From an uncultured Phycisphaeraceae bacterium (GTDB taxonomy: Bacteria > Planctomycetota > Phycisphaerae > Phycisphaerales > UBA1924): a DNA stretch of 64,000 nucleotides. This document shows, one piece after another, positions 62,474 to 64,000 of this stretch. The translations under genes were made by a program, and so were the position numbers. The stretch's first letter is position 1; every line of letters starts with the position of its first letter. The DNA lies in NCBI GenBank assembly GCA_964543905.1, contig CAZIZO010000009.1:64524-128523 (forward strand), read 5' to 3'. The notes beneath the pieces were generated by a model. The model saw nothing but the letters and a program-made list of their open reading frames with translations, made no database searches and was not told the origin of the DNA.

Positions 62474-63492
62474 TGGTGAGCCCCCAGCATGTGCTGCAGG
62501 ACCGAGGGCCGCTCGGCCGATCGGGTCGTGGCGCTCAGGAGCGCGGCGTGCGCGATTGCGAGGACGCCACGTTGGTCTCGCCCGGCGCGGGCCGACAGAG
62601 CAGGGTCGAGGATCCTCACCACCGCGTCGGCCCACTCCACCACGCCCGCGGAAATCGCGCCCTCGTTCAGCCCCGAAGGAGTGGCCAGGCGGTCGTAGCG
62701 TCGCCCGCGCGCATCAAGCCACTCGATACCACGATCGTCGATGGTCAGCCGTGCCGACTCCCCCACAAACACAGCCTGGAGCGCCCACTCTCCGCATTGG
62801 TCGCTCACGAGCAAGGTGGCCGCCCGCCCGTCCGCAAATCGGAGGTTGAGGGTCATCGATCCACTCAACCCGGTGAGCGATTCGCCCGGGGCGTCGGTTG
62901 GCCTCGGCGCCCCGGGTCCCACGTACGCCGCATCGACCGTTTCGGGATCGCCGAACGATGCGCGGAGCATGTCAATCCCCGCGAAGAGCAAGGCACCAAG
63001 CGTGGCCTGATCACGATGTGAAACCACCTGGAACGCACCCGCACGAACGCCACCGAACGTCGCGAGCGGCTCATGCGCCTCCCGAAGCGCACGCGCGTCT
63101 CGACCGGCCGGAATGAGCACGGGCGTCGTCGGACGGATCGAGGCACCCTCCGACCAGGCCGAGGAGGCGTACGTGAGCAGATTGCCGGGGATCGGATCGG
63201 ACGCCACGACCTTCACGCCGCGATCGAACGCTTCGCCGACGGCCGCCGCGTCCCCCTCACCTCGTCCGAAGTCGCCGGCGCGCGCGATCCACAGGCACTC
63301 GCACGCCCCCGACGCCAGGGCTGCCCGCAGGTCATCCGCCGTCGGACACCCCAACGCGCTCGACACCGCGCCCGACTGCGGCGGGTTGGGGCTCCCCGCA
63401 CCCACGATCTCCAGCCCTGCCGCCCGCGCCACGGCGCGGACAAAGCCCACCTGCGAAGGCTCGAGCCACACGATCGTCCGGCGTCCTGCCAT
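62470..63492 (-). CDS. hypothetical protein, possibly Gfo/Idh/MocA-like oxidoreductase fold
   Basis: 340 aa with good GC3. N-terminal RTIVWLEPSQVGFVRAVARAAGLEIVGAGS is loosely Rossmann-like. No firm motif. Confidence 0.45.
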   Translation of the reverse strand: MAGRRTIVWLEPSQVGFVRAVARAAGLEIVGAGSPNPPQSGAVSSALGCPTADDLRAALASGACECLWIARAGDFGRGEGDAAAVGEAFDRGVKVVASDPIPGNLLTYASSAWSEGASIRPTTPVLIPAGRDARALREAHEPLATFGGVRAGAFQVVSHRDQATLGALLFAGIDMLRASFGDPETVDAAYVGPGAPRPTDAPGESLTGLSGSMTLNLRFADGRAATLLVSDQCGEWALQAVFVGESARLTIDDRGIEWLDARGRRYDRLATPSGLNEGAISAGVVEWADAVVRILDPALSARAGRDQRGVLAIAHAALLSATTRSAERPSVLQHMLGAHH

Positions 63493-63579
63493 GCGCCATC
63501 GTACGGTGGAACCGACTCACGCGATGGACGACCGCCTTGGACGCAAGGGCCACGGCGCCCGCCCCTACGCTCGTGGCGT

Positions 63580-64000
63580 ATGTCCCTTCGCCCACCCATC
63601 GACCGCCGATTCGATGCCGTCATTAGCGACATCGACGGCTGCCTCGGCCCCGAATCCCACGCGCCGGTGGATGCGCACGCGCTCGCCAGGTTGGCGGAGT
63701 ACAACCACGCGGCGCACGAACGAGCCGATCGCCCGGTGGTGACGCTGTGCTCGGGTCGCCCCCAGCCCTATGCCGAGGCGATCTGTCGGGTGATCGCGAA
63801 CACGACGCTGCCGTGCGTGTGCGAGATGGGCGTGTGGCTCTATGACCCCAAGGCGAATCGGTACCTGCGTGACGAGCGGATCACCACGGAGCAACTGGAC
63901 GGCGTGCGCGCCTGCCAGCGATGGGTGGAGGGCGACCTTGGGCCCAGAGGCGTCGTGATCCAGCCGGGCAAGACGGCCTCGATCTCGCTGTGGCACCCGG
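63580..64000 (+). CDS. HAD-superfamily hydrolase (5' partial, runs off the window)
   Basis: Not in the track because there is no stop in the window. My translation: MSLRPPIDRRFDAVISDIDGCLGPESHAPVD...VVTLCSGRPQPY..., open to nt 64000. DIDGCL matches HAD motif I (DxDx[TV]) and LCSGR matches motif II. Confidence 0.55.
   Translation, partial: MSLRPPIDRRFDAVISDIDGCLGPESHAPVDAHALARLAEYNHAAHERADRPVVTLCSGRPQPYAEAICRVIANTTLPCVCEMGVWLYDPKANRYLRDERITTEQLDGVRACQRWVEGDLGPRGVVIQPGKTASISLWHP

Overview
Very GC-rich bacterial chromosomal DNA. G+C was not computed, but third codon positions are overwhelmingly G/C, which produces many long spurious antisense ORFs in the track. I call about 52 protein-coding genes. 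By eye I found no rRNA, tRNA, CRISPR array, transposase or integrase. Gene content (a DUF1559-like pseudopilin, an RRM-type RNA-binding protein, sigma-54, LPS-export genes, giant secreted repeat proteins) suggests Planctomycetota, possibly Phycisphaerae-like; this is inference only. Housekeeping genes include lptB plus an LptF/G-type permease, icd, mgtE, gpsA, a P1B-type ATPase, rpoN, recR, purM, yajQ, ruvX, efp, aroK, xylB, a ROK kinase, a DEAD-box helicase and a small glycan-synthesis cluster (epimerase, fused GT4-GT2, GT39). The main signal is eight large signal-peptide proteins, about 19 kb of the 64 kb by my coordinates, with unrelated passenger domains: multicopper oxidase, DUF1028+FG-GAP, a 7-repeat propeller-like protein, an xxGxxAF-repeat protein, two Kelch propellers, a metzincin with six Ig-like domains, and a LamG protein. 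All eight end in the same C-terminal module, a Cys followed by two dockerin/EF-hand-like repeats (DDGSGTGxPDGGVTIDDLLYYL) and then Gly-Cys-stop. Seven of the eight modules are exactly 68 aa from Cys to Cys. Five of these genes sit within 41.7-56.7 kb, and the last three (47.3-56.7 kb) each end in their own strong intrinsic terminator. This looks like a surface-display or anchoring tag whose receptor or processing machinery is not visible in the window. Secondary observations: a 6-Cys 37-aa tandem module, one N-terminal domain paired with two different C-terminal anchors, a membrane Mrr-like nuclease next to a kinase-like/NDT-like fusion, a tandem covarying hairpin element ending in an orphan terminator, and a 595-nt non-coding region with an orphan minus-strand terminator.
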